NCBI GenBank assembly: GCA_007128855.1 | Contig: SKWQ01000002.1 | Location: 4,325 to 68,324, forward strand | Source: Balneolales bacterium | GTDB lineage: Bacteria; Bacteroidota; Rhodothermia; Balneolales; Natronogracilivirgulaceae | DNA: 64,000 nt | Direction: 5' to 3' | Notes under the pieces: model-generated | What the model saw: the letters and a program-made list of their open reading frames with translations, nothing else | The model's database searches: none | What the model was told of the DNA's origin: nothing | Shown here: positions 37,430 to 47,476 of the stretch, one piece after another | How positions within the stretch are numbered: position 1 is the first letter of the stretch | How the letters are laid out: the number at the start of each line of letters is the position of its first letter | Position numbers and translations under genes: made by a program

Positions 37430-38359
37430 TTATTCCGATAACGCTTCAGCACCGGAAACTATTTCAGATATTTCTGTAGTAATGGCTGCCTGGCGCGCCT
37501 GGTTGTACTTCAGCTCAAGGTCGCTGATGATCTCCCCGGCATTTTCGGTGGCACTGTCCATTGCCGTCATCCTCGCCCCTTGTTCTGCGGCAAAGGATTC
37601 CAGGGATGCCTGCCATATCTGTATGTTGACGAAGAGCGGCAGCACCACATCAAGAATGGACTCGGCGTCCGGTTCATAGATATAATCGATGTCGGAGAGG
37701 TCTTTTTTTTCCTTAGCCGCCTCCTTGACTTCATCCGGTTTCGTTGCCGGAACCGGTTTGAATTCGTCTCCTATTTCCACCGGCAGGATTTTCTGGATCC
37801 TTCGGTGCTGCGCAATCACGGATTTGAACTCATTATATGCCAGGTGGACTTCATCATAGGTACCACTCTTGAAATCGTCGGTGATTTCGTTCATCACAGC
37901 AACCACATGCTGGTATTCGAGGTGCTCAAAGAAGCCGATTTTATGATCTATGACGGGATACTTTCTGGTCCTGAAATAGTCGTATGCCTTTTTACCAAAA
38001 CAGATCATGGAGAGGGTCCCCTCTCTCCGGTGTTCCGAAAAATCATCCTGGATCCGATGCTCCACAATCCGGAACAGGTTGTTGTTGAACCCGCCGCAGA
38101 GTCCTCGATCGGAACCCATCACCATCAAAAGGATGTGTTTCGGTTTTTCACGCTTCTTGGTAAGCGGGTGTACGATTTCAGTTTTATCTACCAGGCGGAC
38201 AACGAATTCCCTGAGTTTGTAGGTATAGGGACGTGCATCCGTCATGCGTTCCTGGGCTTTTCGCAACCGGGCAGCGGCCACCATTTTCATGGCCCGGGTT
38301 ATCTGCTGGGTGCTTTTAACCGATGCAATCCGGTCCCGTATGTCACGCAGATTTGCCAT
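37430..38359 (-). CDS. atpG: F1 ATP synthase gamma subunit
   Basis: 309 aa. N-terminus '[33 protein letters not shown]' and C-terminus '[25 protein letters not shown]'. Confidence 0.95.
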   Translation of the reverse strand: MANLRDIRDRIASVKSTQQITRAMKMVAAARLRKAQERMTDARPYTYKLREFVVRLVDKTEIVHPLTKKREKPKHILLMVMGSDRGLCGGFNNNLFRIVEHRIQDDFSEHRREGTLSMICFGKKAYDYFRTRKYPVIDHKIGFFEHLEYQHVVAVMNEITDDFKSGTYDEVHLAYNEFKSVIAQHRRIQKILPVEIGDEFKPVPATKPDEVKEAAKEKKDLSDIDYIYEPDAESILDVVLPLFVNIQIWQASLESFAAEQGARMTAMDSATENAGEIISDLELKYNQARQAAITTEISEIVSGAEALSE

Positions 38360-38360
38360 A

Positions 38361-39992
38361 TCAGGATACTTCCAGTCCGCTTAATAACTGTTTTTGGATA
38401 GCGATTGCCTCTTCCTCAAGCTTTACGGCGAGTTCGTCGCTGAGAACACCGGACTTGCCGAGTTCCGACATCTGGTCGGTGAACTTGAGGTTCACAGAAT
38501 CCAGATACTGCTCTTCGAATTCCCTTATGGACGTGATGGGCAGCTTATCGAGCACACCTTTGTTGTTGGCAAGAAGCAATGCGATCTGGTTCTCAATGGG
38601 TAGTGGTTTGTACTGTCCCTGTTTGAGGACTTCCACGGTCCGGGCCCCCCGGTTGAGCTGCCGTTGCGTGGCAACGTCCAGTTCGGAGCCGAATTTCGCA
38701 AACGCTTCGAGTTCGCGGTACTGGGCAAGGTCCAGCTTCAGTGTTCCGGCAAGTTTCTTCATGGATTTCACCTGGGCGGCACCGCCTACCCGTGATACCG
38801 AGATACCGACATCGATCGCGGGCCTCACCCCCGAATTGAAGAGGTTGGTCTGAAGGAAGATCTGTCCGTCCGTGATGGAAATCACGTTGGTAGGAATGTA
38901 AGCGGAAACGTCCCCTGCCTGGGTCTCGATGATCGGAAGCGCCGTGAAGGAGCCTCCGCCCTTGACCTTGTCACGCAACGGCTCGGGCACATCGTTCATC
39001 ATTTGTGCGACCTTGTCGTTGGAGTTGATTTTGGCAGCGCGTTCCAGAAGGCGGCTGTGCAGGTAGAATACATCACCGGGATAGGCCTCGCGTCCCGGTG
39101 GACGACGGAGCAGCAGGGATAGTTCACGGTAGGCCGTTGCCTGCTTTGACAGGTCATCATAAATGACAAGGACGTGGCGGCCGGTATCCCTGAATAATTC
39201 ACCGATGGTGGCACCGGCGAAGGGAGCGATATACTGCAGTGGTGCGGCTACCGATGCCGGAGCCGATACGATGACCGTGTAGTCTGAGGCTCCGTTTTCC
39301 TGCAGAGCCTGGTTAACCTGGGCGACGGTCGACCCTTTCTGTCCGATGGCTACATAGACACAGTAGACGGGTTTATCGGACTCGTGGGTGCGTTTCTGGT
39401 TGATGATCGTATCAATGGCAATGGCCGTTTTACCTGTCTGGCGGTCACCGATGATCAGCTCCCGCTGGCCGCGACCGATCGGGATCAGTGTGTCGATGAA
39501 CTTGATCCCTGTCTGGACCGGTTCGGACACCGGCTCACGGTAGATTACCCCGGGCGCCTTGCGTTCGAGCGGCAGGTTCAGGGTTTCACCTGATATGGGC
39601 CCCTTTCCGTCTATCGGTCTTCCAAGAGGGTCGACGACACGGCCAAGAAGTCCTTCACCGACAGGCAGCGATGCGATCTCTTTCGTTCGCTGCACCTTGT
39701 CCCCTTCCTTTACGTATCTGGCCCCACCGAAAAGAACGATACCGGCATTGTCCTCTTCCAGGTTCTGAACCATTCCCCGGACCGGGTTACCCTCTTCATC
39801 CTTGGAATCGGGAAGTTCCACCAGCTCGCCTGATTGTACCTTTGACAAGCCGTATACCCTTGCGATCCCGTCTCCCACTTCGAGTACGGTGCCGACATCA
39901 TAGATATCCGTTTTTGTGCCAAAGCCAGCCAGTTGTTTCCGGAGTATGGCAGATACTTCTTCTGGTTTTACGTGACTCATATTGCTGCTCAA
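38361..39992 (-). CDS. atpA: F1 ATP synthase alpha subunit
   Basis: Walker A 'GDRQTGKT', '[16 protein letters not shown]' and '[23 protein letters not shown]'. Confidence 0.97.
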   Translation of the reverse strand: MSSNMSHVKPEEVSAILRKQLAGFGTKTDIYDVGTVLEVGDGIARVYGLSKVQSGELVELPDSKDEEGNPVRGMVQNLEEDNAGIVLFGGARYVKEGDKVQRTKEIASLPVGEGLLGRVVDPLGRPIDGKGPISGETLNLPLERKAPGVIYREPVSEPVQTGIKFIDTLIPIGRGQRELIIGDRQTGKTAIAIDTIINQKRTHESDKPVYCVYVAIGQKGSTVAQVNQALQENGASDYTVIVSAPASVAAPLQYIAPFAGATIGELFRDTGRHVLVIYDDLSKQATAYRELSLLLRRPPGREAYPGDVFYLHSRLLERAAKINSNDKVAQMMNDVPEPLRDKVKGGGSFTALPIIETQAGDVSAYIPTNVISITDGQIFLQTNLFNSGVRPAIDVGISVSRVGGAAQVKSMKKLAGTLKLDLAQYRELEAFAKFGSELDVATQRQLNRGARTVEVLKQGQYKPLPIENQIALLLANNKGVLDKLPITSIREFEEQYLDSVNLKFTDQMSELGKSGVLSDELAVKLEEEAIAIQKQLLSGLEVS

Positions 39993-40009
39993 TCAGTACT
40001 TGTGAAAAC

Positions 40010-40555
40010 TCACATTCCTGCTTTCTGGAATGTGGCTTCAAGTTGTTGTAGTTTGTGTTTTACGGTACCATCGATGACGGTGTCATCGATCCGGATGGCC
40101 ATGCCGCCTTTCAGCGAAGGGTCTTCCCGGAATGAAAGGAGGACTTTTCCACCGGTTTTCTTCTCGAGCACCTTTTTCAGGAGGTCGGTCTGGTCCGGAC
40201 CGGGTTTTCTTGTCACGAGAACTTCGATGTCCTGCAGGCCCAGCTCCTTTTTATATAGCTGTCCGTATACATATGAAATACCCGGAAGCTGATCTTCCCT
40301 GCGCTTCTCAAGGATCAGCAGGATCAGACTCCTGCTGATTTCCGAAAGGTCAACGTCGAACAGTTCATTAAGGACATTTGCCTTTGCCTCGCGCGATATG
40401 ATCTGACTTCTCAGGAAGTGAAGCAGCTCCGGTGAGCCGGATATACTGTCACTGATCCGTTGCATATCGCGGGCTACGGCATCCACATCATTCCGGCTTT
40501 TCGCCTCCTGAAACAGGGCCGTGGCATAGCGAATGGCAACTTTCTTTACTACCAT
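40010..40555 (-). CDS. atpH: F1 ATP synthase delta (OSCP) subunit
   Basis: 181 aa. 'VAIRYATALF' N-terminus and 'GGMAIRIDDTVIDGTVKHKLQQL' C-terminus. Position is between atpF and atpA. Confidence 0.9.
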   Translation of the reverse strand: MVVKKVAIRYATALFQEAKSRNDVDAVARDMQRISDSISGSPELLHFLRSQIISREAKANVLNELFDVDLSEISRSLILLILEKRREDQLPGISYVYGQLYKKELGLQDIEVLVTRKPGPDQTDLLKKVLEKKTGGKVLLSFREDPSLKGGMAIRIDDTVIDGTVKHKLQQLEATFQKAGM

Positions 40556-40568
40556 GAATCAGCGGGCT

Positions 40569-41072
40569 TTAGGAGAGTTCTTTGATATAGCGGTCCACGA
40601 TTTTCCTGTTCTTCTTTTCATCGATTTCCTCCTCCAGGATGAGAGAAGCTGCTTCGATGGCCAACTTTGCCACCTCTTCCCTGAGTTCCAGCAGGGCTTT
40701 TTTCTTCTCCTGGTCGATGGTGGACCGGGCCTGCTCCAGAAGCTTTTCGGCCTCTGCCTTGGCTTTCTCCGTGCGATCGGCACGCAGTGCTTCGGCTTCC
40801 TCAATGGCTTCTTTTCGCAACTTCAGGGAAATGGATTCGACCTGTTTCAGGGCCTTTTCATTTTCCTGTGAGATGCGCATGGCCTCCTCTTTGGCTTGTT
40901 GCGCCGCCTCAAGTGACTCCTTGATGGCTTTTTCCCGTTCGCCAAGTGCGTTCAGAATGGGTTTCCAAGCGAATTTGGTTAGAAGGAAAAGAAAGAGAAG
41001 GAAAGTGATGAGGACCCAGAAAAAAAGGCCAAAGTCCACATCAAGCAGGCCTTGAGCAAAAACAGGATTCAT
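40569..41072 (-). CDS. atpF: F0 ATP synthase subunit b
   Basis: 167 aa. A single N-terminal TM helix is followed by a long charged helix ('FAWKPILNALGEREKAIKESLEAAQQAKEEA'). Confidence 0.9.
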   Translation of the reverse strand: MNPVFAQGLLDVDFGLFFWVLITFLLFLFLLTKFAWKPILNALGEREKAIKESLEAAQQAKEEAMRISQENEKALKQVESISLKLRKEAIEEAEALRADRTEKAKAEAEKLLEQARSTIDQEKKKALLELREEVAKLAIEAASLILEEEIDEKKNRKIVDRYIKELS

Positions 41073-41119
41073 GGCAATGGTACCAGGCGGTTAGGATCGT
41101 TGAAAAGCGGGGAATATGC

Positions 41120-41338
41120 TTACTTGAGAGCAAGTACAATACAGACAACCTGTCCGAAAAGTGCCACACCTTCGATAAACGCGGCGGAGATGAGCATGGA
41201 TGTACGGATGTCACCGGAGGCTTCCGGCTGGCGTGCTGAACCTTCCATGGCACTTTTACCGATCATACCAATGCCGACAGCGGCACCGATCGTTGTGATT
41301 CCAGCTCCGAATCCAGCGGCTAAGTATGCTAATTCCAT
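41120..41338 (-). CDS. atpE: F0 ATP synthase subunit c
   Basis: 72 aa helical hairpin. 'GAGITTIGAAVGIG' glycine-rich helix 1 and 'FIEGVALF' with the essential carboxylate. Confidence 0.95.
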   Translation of the reverse strand: MELAYLAAGFGAGITTIGAAVGIGMIGKSAMEGSARQPEASGDIRTSMLISAAFIEGVALFGQVVCIVLALK

Positions 41339-41361
41339 TATGTTACCTCAGTTTATATATA

Positions 41362-42471
41362 TTATTGTTCGTATTGAGTAGGGAGAGAGTAGCGTGCGTG
41401 CTCCTCACTGTGGTCGTCCTCGCTGTGGTCCTCCACGGCCAGACCGATGAAGAGAGCAGACAAGATGGTGAATACATAGGCCTGAATAAAGCTCACGAGT
41501 GCTTTGATCAGGTAGATAAAGAGTGTCAGTAATACCCAGACCCAGGAGGTTCCATAGGCAACGCCGGGCCCGAAAAGATCGGAAAAGATGAAGATGATCC
41601 CCAGGATGGCCATGATCAGGATCTTGCCGGAAGCCATGTTCGCAAAGAGCCGGATACAGAGTGCAAACGGTTTGGTGAACAGTCCGATGAACTCCACCGG
41701 CAAGAGGATGATTTTGATGGGCACGGGGACACCGGGAAACCAGAAAACGTGCTTCCAGTGTTCTTTTGTGGCAAACAGCTGGGTGATCGAAAAGGTCATG
41801 ATGGCAAGAACGGCCGTTACGGTGATGTCAGCCGTTGAGGAGACGCCCCAAGGCATCAGGCCGAAAAAGTTCATGAACAAAATGAAGAAGAAGACGGTCA
41901 ACAGGTACGGGGTGAACATCATGTACTTCCTGGAACCGATGGTCTGAAGTGCGATCTCATCCCTGATAAAGACGACGAGGGTCTCGAATATGTTCTGAAA
42001 TGCCCCCCTGGGTTCGGTGCTGCGACCGACACCCTTCCGGTATCTGGAGGAGAGCGGGATGAAGATAAGCATGGTCAACAGGGCCGCAAACCAGAAGTAG
42101 ACCAGGTGGGATGTGATGGAGAAATCAAACTGGGGCGAAGTGCCATCCAGCCTGACGACCCGGTAGGAAGCCGGTTTGATGAGTCCATCCTTGCGCTCAG
42201 GTTCGTCCACCAGATAGGCGGCGTCGGTGAAGAGGTCGCTTTTGTTGAGCAGGGATGTGGTGCTTCGGTAGAAGTGGAACTGTCCGTTGTCGTAGATAAG
42301 CCGGGGCAGTTCAACCGTAGCCAGTGGCTTGAAGTCCAGATAATAATGGTCGACCACCTTGCCGATGAGATCGATCCTGTTTTCGCTACTCGGACCTGCA
42401 TTGGAAACAACGGCTACGCTTGCCGTAAATACAAGCGTCAGAAGGAGAAAGCGTAGAAATTGTTTCATCAC
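41362..42471 (-). CDS. atpB: F0 ATP synthase subunit a (with long N-terminal periplasmic extension)
   Basis: 369 aa. The C-terminal half carries 'FALCIRLFANMASGKI' (essential Arg) and 'FIQAYVFTILSALFI'. Confidence 0.93.
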   Translation of the reverse strand: MMKQFLRFLLLTLVFTASVAVVSNAGPSSENRIDLIGKVVDHYYLDFKPLATVELPRLIYDNGQFHFYRSTTSLLNKSDLFTDAAYLVDEPERKDGLIKPASYRVVRLDGTSPQFDFSITSHLVYFWFAALLTMLIFIPLSSRYRKGVGRSTEPRGAFQNIFETLVVFIRDEIALQTIGSRKYMMFTPYLLTVFFFILFMNFFGLMPWGVSSTADITVTAVLAIMTFSITQLFATKEHWKHVFWFPGVPVPIKIILLPVEFIGLFTKPFALCIRLFANMASGKILIMAILGIIFIFSDLFGPGVAYGTSWVWVLLTLFIYLIKALVSFIQAYVFTILSALFIGLAVEDHSEDDHSEEHARYSLPTQYEQ

Positions 42472-42494
42472 GATACCGCTGTTTGCCCTCTATG

Positions 42495-42914
42495 TTAACG
42501 TGTTAGAATATAGGTCTCGTAAGCAGATTTGCAAATATAGGAAAATAATAAAGCAACTGTAAAGCTAATTTGATGCAATTCCGTAAAAACGAACACGACA
42601 ACAACGGAGATACCGATGAAGAGCATCCGGATGAACATGCCAAGGAGCATCGCGGTCATGTAGCGGTTCATGGACCCGCCGGCCATCCGGAGAAAGGGGA
42701 AGTAGCTGGCAATGGCAAGGACAGTAGTGATCGCAAATGCGAGCGGAACAGGGAGGAACACTTCCTCGCCTCCGAACAGGTATAGGGGCAGACCGAACAG
42801 CACCAGACCTGCGATGTCCATAAGAATGACAGACCCGCTAAATCTTGCCAATCCCCTGTTGGTCAGATTCACTGTTTTTTCCTGATTCCTTGTTGCTTTT
42901 GTCCCGATATTCAA
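42495..42914 (-). CDS. ATP synthase protein I-like small membrane protein
   Basis: A hydrophobic 4-TM protein directly upstream of atpB. The longest ORF overlaps atpZ by 77 nt. An alternative Met at 42821 would remove the overlap. Confidence 0.5.
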   Translation of the reverse strand: MNIGTKATRNQEKTVNLTNRGLARFSGSVILMDIAGLVLFGLPLYLFGGEEVFLPVPLAFAITTVLAIASYFPFLRMAGGSMNRYMTAMLLGMFIRMLFIGISVVVVFVFTELHQISFTVALLFSYICKSAYETYILTR

Positions 42915-43119
42915 TTTTACCCGTTTTTGAGGCTAGTTTCAACACAATGGAGATCAAGCCTCCAAAACCCAGAAGTGCTCCAATGATAACACCCCATGGA
43001 GAGAGATTCCAGCGATTATCCACATAGATGCCAATAATAACCGGCACGATCATCGAAGCGGCTATTTGCGCGCCGAGTGTGATATACTGACCGTAATTGG
43101 CAAGGTCTCGTATTGGCAT
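42838..43119 (-). CDS. AtpZ/AtpI-family small membrane protein
   Basis: 93 aa. 'YITLGAQIAASMIVPVIIGIYVDNRWNLSPWGVIIGALLGFGGL' matches the two-helix AtpZ pattern. It is the first gene of the atp operon. Confidence 0.7.
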   Translation of the reverse strand: MPIRDLANYGQYITLGAQIAASMIVPVIIGIYVDNRWNLSPWGVIIGALLGFGGLISIVLKLASKTGKIEYRDKSNKESGKNSESDQQGIGKI

Positions 43120-43188
43120 GGCCGTAAGCCGTCCGCAACAACCAAATGGAGTGCCGCGAACGGTTGTGGTTTCAGATCACTCTGGAAA

Positions 43189-43638
43189 TCAGGCGCTGAC
43201 TTTTTTTTCCGGCTCTTTTTTCCATGAGCTGGTGGTATTCTGTTTGGCGTTGCCGGTGGCAGCTATTTCTCCCATCTTGCAGGAACCGTCAATTTGGGCT
43301 CCTTCTTCCACCATTAAAACTTTGGTCTGGATGTCGCCTGTGATCCTGGCCGAAGCACGCAGGATCAACCGGTTGGAGACTTTGAGTTCTCCCTGAACCG
43401 TTCCGGCGATATCGGCTTCCTTGGTCACGAGATCACCTTTGACCAGGCCAGATTCAGAGACGATGCATTTGCTTTCGGCCTTGACCTCACCGTCGATGGT
43501 ACCCGAAATGCGCAGATCGCTTTTGCTGTTCAGGGTGCCGGTAAGAACCGAACCGGAGCTGATGATATTGATGTTGGGTTGTCCGGGCATATCGTTTTTC
43601 ATGGCTGTTTTTTGCTGATTATTGTTTTTTCCAAACAT
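43189..43638 (-). CDS. Bactofilin-family polymer-forming cytoskeletal protein
   Basis: 149 aa. Repetitive beta-helix windings: 'ISGTIDGEVKAESKCIVSESGLVKGDLVTKEADIAGTVQGELKVSNRLILRASARITGDIQTKVLMVEEGAQIDGSCKM'. Confidence 0.8.
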   Translation of the reverse strand: MFGKNNNQQKTAMKNDMPGQPNINIISSGSVLTGTLNSKSDLRISGTIDGEVKAESKCIVSESGLVKGDLVTKEADIAGTVQGELKVSNRLILRASARITGDIQTKVLMVEEGAQIDGSCKMGEIAATGNAKQNTTSSWKKEPEKKVSA

Positions 43639-43683
43639 ACTGGAGGGTATTGTAGTTGATATTTAAGGTGTTATGGCGGGGCG

Positions 43684-44604
43684 TTAATTTACGTTCAGAT
43701 AGTACTCCGGGTCAAGGGAAACCCCGTTTTTCCACATTTCAAAATGAACGTGGGGACCGGAGGCCAGCAGGCCAGTTTCACCTACCTTGCCTATGATATC
43801 CCCTTTCCGGATGATGTCACCTGTCCGGTAGATCACTTCCGAAAAGTGCTTGTAGATGGAGACATAGCCATCTGAATGGAGTACGTGTACGGTGTAGCCG
43901 TTGTTGATCGTCCAGTCCGAGCTCACGATAACACCATCGGCGATCACGCGCACATCCGTTCCTTTCCTGGCGGCAATATCGATTCCATAGTGGCCGACCC
44001 GGGGCTGGAATCTGCCTGTAAGCGTGCCGGTCACAGGGGGTTCGGCGGGAAAGCGTATCTCACCTGAAAAAACATCGGAGTGGATGATCTGGTCACCTTT
44101 CAATGACTGAACTCCCCGGGCATGTGAGATACGGTAGGTAACGGTCTGTGGTTCCGGGTCGGGTTCCCCGTAGACCGCTTCCCATTCCGGTGTGGATCGG
44201 ATATCGAATACCGTATCGGCACGGTCTCGGATGATACGCTGTATCTCGTAAAGCTGCTGGTCACGCGCATCAAGGGAGTCCTGCAGTGCGACGACGCGGT
44301 CATGGATCTGGATCACAGAAGCCCTGATGGTCCGGTTTTCCTTGTTGAACAGGTAGCTTCCCAACGGTGTCACATAGAAAACCAGCAGGATGAGCAGCAC
44401 TACGGCCACATTGAACCCGCCCAGCAGTGCAAAAAACTTTCCGGGCTTCAACTTGTAGCTATCCTGCTGATGCGGGTTGTCATCATCAAAAAGCAGTAAG
44501 GTCACCTCTTCCCGGCGACGTTCCAGAAGTTTTTTGAGCAGCGATTTCAAGGGATAATTCCGGATAGGACCGGATAATAAGTGAGCAATTTCAAATCCAT
44601 GCAA
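43684..44604 (-). CDS. M23 family metallopeptidase, bitopic (cytoplasmic tail, TM, coiled coil, LytM domain)
   Basis: 306 aa. 'HYGIDIA' (HxxxD) and 'GPHVHFEM' (HxH) are zinc ligand motifs. TM helix 'FFALLGGFNVAVVLLILLVFYV'. Confidence 0.85.
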   Translation of the reverse strand: MHGFEIAHLLSGPIRNYPLKSLLKKLLERRREEVTLLLFDDDNPHQQDSYKLKPGKFFALLGGFNVAVVLLILLVFYVTPLGSYLFNKENRTIRASVIQIHDRVVALQDSLDARDQQLYEIQRIIRDRADTVFDIRSTPEWEAVYGEPDPEPQTVTYRISHARGVQSLKGDQIIHSDVFSGEIRFPAEPPVTGTLTGRFQPRVGHYGIDIAARKGTDVRVIADGVIVSSDWTINNGYTVHVLHSDGYVSIYKHFSEVIYRTGDIIRKGDIIGKVGETGLLASGPHVHFEMWKNGVSLDPEYYLNVN

Positions 44605-44664
44605 GACCCCGGAGTGCTACGGCCGGGACATGTGCCGTATTTGATAAACATACTGGCACAACGT

Positions 44665-46143
44665 TCACCGACCGGAATAATTGGGTGCTTCCTGTGTAAT
44701 CTGTACAGAGTGTGGGTGACTTTCGTGGATGCCGGCCGCAGATATGTGCACGAATTCCGCTTTTTGCAGCTCGCTTATGGTGGCAGCTCCGCAGTAGCCC
44801 ATGGCGGCCCGAAGTCCTCCTGACATCTGGAAGACCACTTCGGACAGGTGTCCCTTATAGGGAACGCGCCCTTCGATGCCTTCGGGAACCAGTTTTTTGA
44901 TGTCATCTTCGACATCCTGAAAATAGCGGTCCTTGCTGCCCTGGTTCATGGCACTCAGACTGCCCATTCCCCGGTAGGTCTTGTATTTTCGGGATTCGTA
45001 GATGATCGTCTCGCCGGGACTCTCATCGACACCCGCAAACAGGGAGCCGATCATAACGGCCGTGGCCCCGCCGGCAATGGCTTTGGGTATGTCCCCGGTC
45101 TGTTTGATGCCACCGTCGGCAATGAGGCCGATTCCGGCTTTGGACGTGTATTCGGCTATTTCCATGATGGCACTGAGCTGCGGGACCCCGACGCCGGTTA
45201 CGATGCGGGTGGTGCAGATGGATCCGGGTCCGACACCTGCCTTGACGACATCGGCACCCGCTTTGTGCAATGCCCTGGCCGCATCGGCTGTTGCTATGTT
45301 GCCCGCGATGATCTTCAGGTCGGGCCACTCCTTCCTGATCCGGCCCACCGTATCGATCACCCCCTGGGAGTGGCCGTGAGCCGTGTCCACGGTGATGATG
45401 TCGACGCCCGCTTCCACCAGGGCGGCGGTGCGCTCCATGGTCTCGGGGGATATGCCGACAGCGGCGCCCACGCGCAGCCGTCCCCTGGAATCCTTGCAGG
45501 CGTTCGGGAAATTCTTCTTCTTTTCGATATCCTTGAAGGTGATCAGGCCGATGAGTACACCATCGTCGTTGACGATCGGCAACTTCTCGATCTTGTATTT
45601 TTGCAGCAGCTTCTCGGCGGTCTCCAGGGTCGTTCCCTCCTTCCCGGTGACCAGGTTTTCCGAGGTCATGATGTCACCCAGTTTTGTTGCCGGGTTCGAC
45701 TCGAAGCGAAGGTCGCGGTTGGTGACGATCCCTTCCAGGATGTGGTTGTCATCGACGATGGGGATGCCCCCGATCTGCAGGCGACTCATCAGGCTGCGGG
45801 CTTCGGCGATCCTCGCTTCCCGTTTGAGGGTGACCGGATCCACGATCATCCCGCTTTCGCTGCGTTTGACCAGCCGGACCTGTTCGGCCTGGGCTTCAAT
45901 GGTCATGTTTTTGTGCAGCATGGCTATGCCGCCCTCACGCGCAAGGGCGATGGCCAGCCGGTATTCGGAGACCGTGTCCATGGCGGCACTGAGGATGGGG
46001 ACGTTCAGGGTGAGGCCGGGAGTGAGTTCCACGGAGGTGTCCACTTCACGCGGGAGCACTTTGGAATATCCCGGGATCAGAAGTACGTCGTCGTATGTCA
46101 GGCCGTTGCGGCTGATTCGGTCGGCAGGTTTTTTTGTACTCAT
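44665..46143 (-). CDS. guaB: IMP dehydrogenase
   Basis: 'LTYDDVLLIPGYS', a CBS pair, catalytic loop 'GVGPGSICTTR', 'IADGGI' and 'GSLFAG'. The Met at 46143 gives 493 aa. The ORF is open to 46407 but that extension lacks homology features. Confidence 0.95.
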   Translation of the reverse strand: MSTKKPADRISRNGLTYDDVLLIPGYSKVLPREVDTSVELTPGLTLNVPILSAAMDTVSEYRLAIALAREGGIAMLHKNMTIEAQAEQVRLVKRSESGMIVDPVTLKREARIAEARSLMSRLQIGGIPIVDDNHILEGIVTNRDLRFESNPATKLGDIMTSENLVTGKEGTTLETAEKLLQKYKIEKLPIVNDDGVLIGLITFKDIEKKKNFPNACKDSRGRLRVGAAVGISPETMERTAALVEAGVDIITVDTAHGHSQGVIDTVGRIRKEWPDLKIIAGNIATADAARALHKAGADVVKAGVGPGSICTTRIVTGVGVPQLSAIMEIAEYTSKAGIGLIADGGIKQTGDIPKAIAGGATAVMIGSLFAGVDESPGETIIYESRKYKTYRGMGSLSAMNQGSKDRYFQDVEDDIKKLVPEGIEGRVPYKGHLSEVVFQMSGGLRAAMGYCGAATISELQKAEFVHISAAGIHESHPHSVQITQEAPNYSGR

Positions 46144-46227
46144 GAAAGGGCAAACATTTGATTGGCGTTTGTGTAAATTACGAAAATATGCGCAGTGAAT
46201 GCAGTAACTTTTTAACACGTCATCCGA

Positions 46228-47388
46228 ATGCCTGAATACATACCCTTCAACCGCATTTTCAAGGACGCCGAAGAGCGCAAGGCCCTGGCAGATGCCCTGG
46301 ATGGTGATTGCTGGCACGGGGACGGACCCGCCGGCAAGCGGGTGGAGTCGTACCTGGGCGAATGGCTGGGATCCCCTCACGTTTTTCTCACAACATCCTG
46401 CACGCACGCCCTGGAAATGGCCATGCTGGTGCTTGACATCGGTGAGGGCGACGAGGTCATCATGCCGTCGTTCACGTTTGTCTCAACGGCCAACGCTGTG
46501 CGGATGCGGGGTGCCCGGCCGGTCTTTGCCGATATCCGGGACAGCGACCTGACCATGGACCCGGAGGATGTGGCCCGAAAGATAACCCCATCCACCCGGG
46601 CGGTGATACCGGTGCACTACGCCGGGGTTTCGGCGGATTTCGACGGGCTGCGGAAGGCAGTGGACGGACGGGATATCGCCATTGTGGAGGATGCCGCCCA
46701 GGCGGTGGGGGCCTACTGGAACGATCGCGCGCTGGGTACGGTGGGCGACATCGGCTGTTTCAGCTTCCACGATACGAAAAACATCACCTGCGGTGAAGGC
46801 GGCGCATTTCTTACCGGGGATGCCGGGCTGGCCGAGAAGGCCGAATGGGTCCGTGAGAAAGGCACGAACCGGTCCGCGTTCCTTCGGGGTGAAATCGACA
46901 AGTACACCTGGGTGAGCCAGGGCAGCAGCTACATTCCGTCGGACCTGCTGGCTTCGCTGCTGGAAGCGCAGTTGCGGAAAAAGGAGCGGATCCTGGAGGC
47001 ACGGGCCGGTGTTTGGCACGCTTACAGGGACCGGCTGGCATCGGCCGCCGACAAGGGATGGATCCGGCTGCCGGAAATCCCGCCATATGCCCGGACCAAC
47101 TACCACATTTTCCATTTCCACGTCAGGGACCTGTCCGACCGGGATCCTCTGCTGAACCGATTCCGGGAAGCCGGCATCGGCGCATCGTTCCATTATGTAC
47201 CCCTTCACAACGCCCCCTATGCCCAAAAGATCCTTGGCGCACAGCCGCCGCTTCCCCGTACCGAAGAGCTGGCGGGGACGCTGATCCGGCTTCCGCTCTT
47301 TCCTGACCTGGAAATAGTGAAGGAAGTGGTCGCTGATCGTGTGCTGGCGGTGCTTACGGACTATTTCACGGGGAAACGGGGAGACTGA
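46228..47388 (+). CDS. DegT/DnrJ/EryC1/StrS-family sugar aminotransferase, WecE (dTDP-4-amino-4,6-dideoxyhexose transaminase)-like
   Basis: 386 aa. 'IPFNR...CTHALEMAMLVLDIGEGDEVIMPSFTFVSTANAV', 'VEDAAQAVGA' and 'SFHDTKNITCGEGGAF' (PLP-lysine context). Confidence 0.85.
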   Translation: MPEYIPFNRIFKDAEERKALADALDGDCWHGDGPAGKRVESYLGEWLGSPHVFLTTSCTHALEMAMLVLDIGEGDEVIMPSFTFVSTANAVRMRGARPVFADIRDSDLTMDPEDVARKITPSTRAVIPVHYAGVSADFDGLRKAVDGRDIAIVEDAAQAVGAYWNDRALGTVGDIGCFSFHDTKNITCGEGGAFLTGDAGLAEKAEWVREKGTNRSAFLRGEIDKYTWVSQGSSYIPSDLLASLLEAQLRKKERILEARAGVWHAYRDRLASAADKGWIRLPEIPPYARTNYHIFHFHVRDLSDRDPLLNRFREAGIGASFHYVPLHNAPYAQKILGAQPPLPRTEELAGTLIRLPLFPDLEIVKEVVADRVLAVLTDYFTGKRGD

Positions 47389-47476
47389 CCATGCGGATGG
47401 GACGTGCTGCGAAACTGTTTTTTTGTGAGGAGAATTTCTTGCATGTGACCATGCGTGTGACAAACGGGATGGAACA

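Noticed and set aside
44848-46161. A 437-aa + strand ORF opposite guaB (and a 271-aa one at 45383-46198).
   Set aside because: guaB on the minus strand carries all IMPDH motifs. The antisense translations are Gly/Asp/Ala-rich low-information sequences.
46144-46407. An 88-codon 5' extension of the guaB ORF into the divergent intergenic region.
   Set aside because: The extension ('MRAGCCEKNVRGSQ...') has no IMPDH similarity and would swallow the promoter region shared with the aminotransferase gene. The Met at 46143 gives a canonical N-terminus ('...LTYDDVLLIPGYS').
46483-47463. A 326-aa minus-strand ORF opposite the WecE-like aminotransferase.
   Set aside because: The + strand product has DegT/WecE motifs throughout. 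The antisense product is Pro/Gly/Arg-rich with no motifs.
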